Shown in pieces: positions 59,410-64,000 of a DNA stretch of 64,000 bases. The translations under genes were made by a program, and so were the position numbers. Source of the DNA: Eledone cirrhosa (lineage: Eukaryota). The notes under the pieces were generated by a model. That model did not search any database and was not told the origin of the DNA. It saw nothing but the letters and a program-made list of their open reading frames with translations. Each line of letters starts with the position of its first letter. Within the stretch, counting starts at the first letter, position 1. The stretch is from positions 72,230,001 to 72,294,000 of the forward strand of contig OZ024746.1 in assembly GCA_964016885.1 (NCBI GenBank), given 5' to 3'.

Positions 59410-59579
59410 TGTGTGTATATATATATATAACGTTGAATAATGAAACAAGAGAAGATTTGTTAGTAATTAAATCCATTGTTTTACGATCGTTTCAAAGGGT
59501 AAAAAGACAATAGCATAATTGCTATCAATAAGTCAACCTTATTTTATTTTTCATATGGTGATTTAACACTTCACTGCTC

Positions 59580-59805
59580 GCAAGTGTTTTTTAAGCTTCA
59601 TATCATGTCTCCCTATTTTATCTGATGAGAACGCAAATATCATCCCATGATGATATTTGTTTTTGAAATGCGCATAATAAAATACATGGAACTCTTTTAA
59701 CCATCTTTTGATTTTATATTATTTATACTCCAGTCCTATAAACTGTTGAGTGCTACTTATCCGATATTTGCATTGCTTTATTGTGCTACAATAAAACTCA
59801 CCTCC

Positions 59806-59808
<3 letters not shown>
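59580..59808 (+). mobile_element. Family B hammerhead element (single arm)
   Basis: Homologous to 11590-11819; CTGATGA at 59622, GAAA-tgcgca-TA-ataaaata at 59665; a further 3' piece at 28178-28250. Confidence 0.82.
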
Positions 59809-59893
<85 letters not shown>

Positions 59894-60256
59894 TTGTTTC
59901 TACTTTAGGCACAAGGCCAGCAATTACCCAGTGCATTACTGGTACTTTATTTTATCGACCCCGTAAGGATGAAAGGCAAAGTCAACCTCGGCGAGATTTG
60001 AACTCAGATCGTAAAGGGACGTAACTATGGTGGAAAGCATGGCGTCCAACCCTCTACCGATACTGCCAATCCACCAGATATAATTTCAGCGAGATCGTAT
60101 TTCGGCGGCTGCCAAAACAAAACGAAACACAATTTTCGAGATATGCCGGCAAGCGGTCAATGGACTAGAAGCCAGAGCAATTAACATACGTTATAAGGGC
60201 CGAACACATTATAAAAATGGCTGTGAATCGACAAACCAGGCAGCCGAGAAAACGAG

Positions 60257-60296
<40 letters not shown>

Positions 60297-60754
60297 GAGA
60301 AGAAAGAAGAATACTGCGTGGTTGCACATGGGTTACATATGATAAAAATAGTCCTTCGTAGGTGATTTTCCAACCATCATTGGTATTTCATCGCATTAAA
60401 TATCATATACCTCAGGTTGGTGTGAGCAATAACTAAAAAAAGTTATTGGGACCAGAAAATCGCATAAAGCGAGGGGGACAAGTGAACCAAGGAAAGGAAA
60501 AAAACAAGCAACATGGTTGTCCTGGTCAGCATAAGCTGGGTGGATTTCATGAGCGAAAGGTACAGACGTCCGACGTGAGTGAGATGTAAGCAAGAAGAGA
60601 CCCACTGTAAGCCAAACAGGAGGAAGTGAGAAGGGGAGAAACAGAGAGTGAGTGAGTGGAAGTGCGAGGAAGCGGTCAGTCGAGAGAAAGTGTAACTGAC
60701 AGAGGGGGCGAAAGAAGGTGAGAGAAACAGAGAGAACGGGGAAGCAGTAAGAGA

Positions 60755-61476
60755 ATATATATATAAATAAAAAATAATAAATAAAATAAATATACATACA
60801 AATAAAAAATAATAAAATAAACATATATATAAATAAAAAATAATAAATAAAATAAATATATATATAAATAAAAAATAATAAATAAAATAAATATATATAC
60901 AAATAAAAAATAATAAATAAAATAAATATATATATAAATAAAAAATAAATAAAATAAATATATATATAAATAAAAAATAATAAATAAAATAAATATATAT
61001 ATAAATAAAAAATAATAAATAAAATAAATATATATATAAATAAAAAATAATAAATAAAATAAATATATATATAAATAAAAAATAATAAATAAAATAAATA
61101 TATATATAAATAAAAAATAATAAATAAAATAAATATATATATAAATAAAAAATAATAAATAAAATAAATATATATATAAATAAAAATAATAAATAAAATA
61201 AATATATATACAAATAAAAAATAATAAATAAAATAAATATATATATAAATAAAAAATAATAAATAAAATAAATATATATATATAAATAAAAAATAATAAA
61301 TAAAATAAATATATATATAAATAAAAAATAATAAATAAAATAAATATATATACAAATAAAAAATAATAAATAAAATAAATATATATATAAATAAAAAATA
61401 ATAAATAAAATAAATATATATATAAATAAAAAATGATAAATAACAAATATATATACAAATAAAAAATAATAAATAA
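60755..61476. repeat. Second array of the same 35-bp minisatellite (~20 units)
   Basis: Same unit and orientation as 55560-56390. Confidence 0.9.
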
Positions 61477-61831
61477 TATATATATATATATGAATTTTCG
61501 TAAAATTGTAGTATTATCAGCACGAAGAGTAGCCGCTAACAGCTGGATACTATATGTATAGTAAAAAGTCGGGTTAAGAAATAACTGTTTCTACTTTAGG
61601 CACAAGGCCAGCAAGTACTCAGTGCATTACTGGTACTTTATTTTATCGACCCCGTAAGGATGAAAGGCAAAGTCAACCTCGGCGGGATAACCTCTTATTC
61701 TCTCTCACCCTCCGTTCGATGTGAGGTTATATCTTAACCCGACGTTTCACTATATATATAGATGTCAGTTTCACATGGTATTCCTCAATGTTGCCTCGAA
61801 TTGGAGGCAATCCCTCTGTTGATAGTCCTAC

Positions 61832-61937
61832 CTTGTCATGTGATCCAATAAATAAGAAAACACTGAACAACCAGGCTCTGGGATATTTGTCAGAAGAAAG
61901 GAAATCATTCTAACTTTCACTGCAATATCCTCTATGT
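61832..61937 (-). CDS. Paralog gene B RhoGAP exon
   Basis: ctctttcag|DIEDIAVKVRMISFLLTNIPEPGCSVFSYLLDHMT(R)|gtagga, 106 nt, phase 1-2; same size and phase as 18696-18801. Confidence 0.9.
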
Positions 61938-62061
61938 CTGAAAGAGAAATCATGTATATACATATAGACATACACAAAAATATATACAGAATTTCTCATT
62001 CAGGCATGAAGGATATTGCAGTGAAAGTCAGAATGATCTCCTTTCATTAAGATCTTAACTG

Positions 62062-62200
<139 letters not shown>

Positions 62201-62958
62201 TGTGTACATGTACCTATATATATACAGGTATGTATATATACATACACACACACACACACACACACATATATACAGCGTGCCTTTTCATTTACTGAGTCAA
62301 TTTAATGTCTGGCATTATTTATCTGAAAAATACAAAAAAAAAACATTTAATAAGAAAATTAGAGCTCAAATAAGAAGTGTCCTCAAAAAACTGACGCATC
62401 CTGTATATAACAGTTAAATTTTGATGATAAACGTAAATAATTGTTTCTACTTTTGGCACAAGGCCAACAATTACCCAGTGCATTACTGGTACTTTATTTT
62501 ATCGACCCCGTAAGGATGAAAGGCAAAGTCAACCTCGGCGGGATTTGAACTCAGATCGTAAAGGGACGTAACTATGCTGGAAAGCATGGCGTCCGACCCT
62601 CTATGTAAATAATGTAAATAACGTTTCTGCTTTTGGCACGAGGCCAGCAATTATCTCAGTTCATTACTGGTACTTTATTTTATCGACCCCGTAAAGATGA
62701 AAGGCAAAGTCAACCTCGGCGGGATTTGAACTCAGACCATAAAGGGGCGTAACTCTATGCTGCAAAACATGGCGTCCGACCTTTTACCGATACTGCCAAT
62801 GCCCCACCCAAACGTAAATAATTGTTTCTATTTTAGGCACAAGGCCAGCAATTACCCAGTGCATTACTGGTACTTTAAATGCCATTATTTATATAGATGA
62901 ACTGTATACACAAAGATTTAGAAAGAGACAGATAAGAAGGAAAGCCGATTTAACTTAC

Positions 62959-63093
62959 CGAAGACAGCCAGATAGTTATTAGGACAGAGTAGAATGGAAT
63001 AAGGGAGGGCCCTCAGGTACCGTGTTAGAACTTCTGTTATGTCGTATGGTGTGTACCGTTTCTGTTTGATGTAATGAGATCCCGTGAAGCTAC
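62959..63093 (-). CDS. Paralog gene B RhoGAP core exon
   Basis: tttatgcag|SFTGSHYIKQKRYTPYDITEVLTRYLRALPYSILLCPNNYLAVF|gtaagt, 135 nt, phase 1-1; homolog of 17691-17825. Confidence 0.9.
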
Positions 63094-63195
63094 CTGCATA
63101 AAAAAAAATTATATTGATTAACAACTAGGCCAATTTTAGTAGTTTATATACACACAAACAAACACACCATATATATATAGTCTTCACATTTATTA

Positions 63196-63311
<116 letters not shown>

Positions 63312-63369
63312 AATAACAGGAGGCTGGTGGACTGGTGTAAATCCTTGAAAAGTTTATTATACTATGATC

Positions 63370-64000
63370 ATTTCAATGAATGAAATGATCATAGTATAAT
63401 AAACTGGTCTTACTTTATGACTGCGAAGATGACTTTCGAATCCAGCTTTGCTTAGGCAGAGTCTCGCACAGACGCTGCATGTCAGCACCATAGGAGGACC
63501 CTCGCCGTCTGGAAGTGCAACAGCAATGCCCTTCCTCACATCCCGCTTTACTTTCTCGTATGCGATTCGAGATGCCTCAAAGGCAACTTTTCCCTCATAT
63601 ACAGTCTTTCTCCATTTATTACGATCAGCAGCAATATTTTCCCATGTATCAGCAGAGATGTTAGCGTCTTTCAGAGAGGCTTTCAAGGAATCCTTATACC
63701 TCTTTTTTGGTTTATGTGGCGGTCGTTTTCCTTTAACCAACTCTCCATAAAAGAGTTGTTTTGGTATTCTAGAGGTGACCACTCCAACGGAGTCGTTGCT
63801 TAAGCACAAGAGCTTCTATACTGTCACACATAGAGCTTTCCAAAATCTCGACATCACTGATGTGGTCCCTCCAGTGAACGCCATGGATCCGTCTGAGACA
63901 CATCTGATGGAAACGCTCCAATTGCTTAAGGTGGTGTCGATATGTGACCCAAGTATCGCAGGCATAATGACCACACATGCCCTGTACACCTTTATCTTTG
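63370..64000 (-). mobile_element. RTE LINE 3' fragment with C2H2 finger, intronic in gene B
   Basis: LERFHQMCLRRI, LRWSGH, RIPKQLFYGEL, CSVCARLCLSKAGFESHLRSH; related to 37255-38420. Confidence 0.85.

Noticed and set aside
62959-63093. Initial reading of TRYLRALP as a discoidin/FA58C domain
   Set aside because: The exon matches the RhoGAP exon 17691-17825 in length, phase and sequence

Overview
This is AT-rich, microsatellite-dense eukaryotic DNA, most likely from an octopod cephalopod (inferred from the tRNA-derived SINE and the repeat landscape). About 2% is host coding sequence, which I reconstructed by hand from splice sites and phases. A + strand BCR/ABR-like C2-RhoGAP gene fragment has 10 phase-compatible exons (1097-19774). 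A convergent - strand paralog contributes its last three exons (63093-58620), with matching phases and two identical exon lengths. The + gene lacks the arginine finger, and both lack other conserved GAP residues, so they look like pseudo-GAPs. The - paralog carries a ~65-bp intron/exon hairpin with A:C mismatches that resembles an ADAR editing substrate. The rest is transposon debris: Tx1/L1, RTE, CR1, CRE, Vingi and RNase H LINE fragments, Helitrons, SINEs and Penelope-like (GIY-YIG) fragments. Notably, many short non-coding elements carry minimal hammerhead ribozymes, sit in (TA)n tracts and form long head-to-head palindromes. No database searches or folding programs were run, so family assignments rest on recognised motifs.
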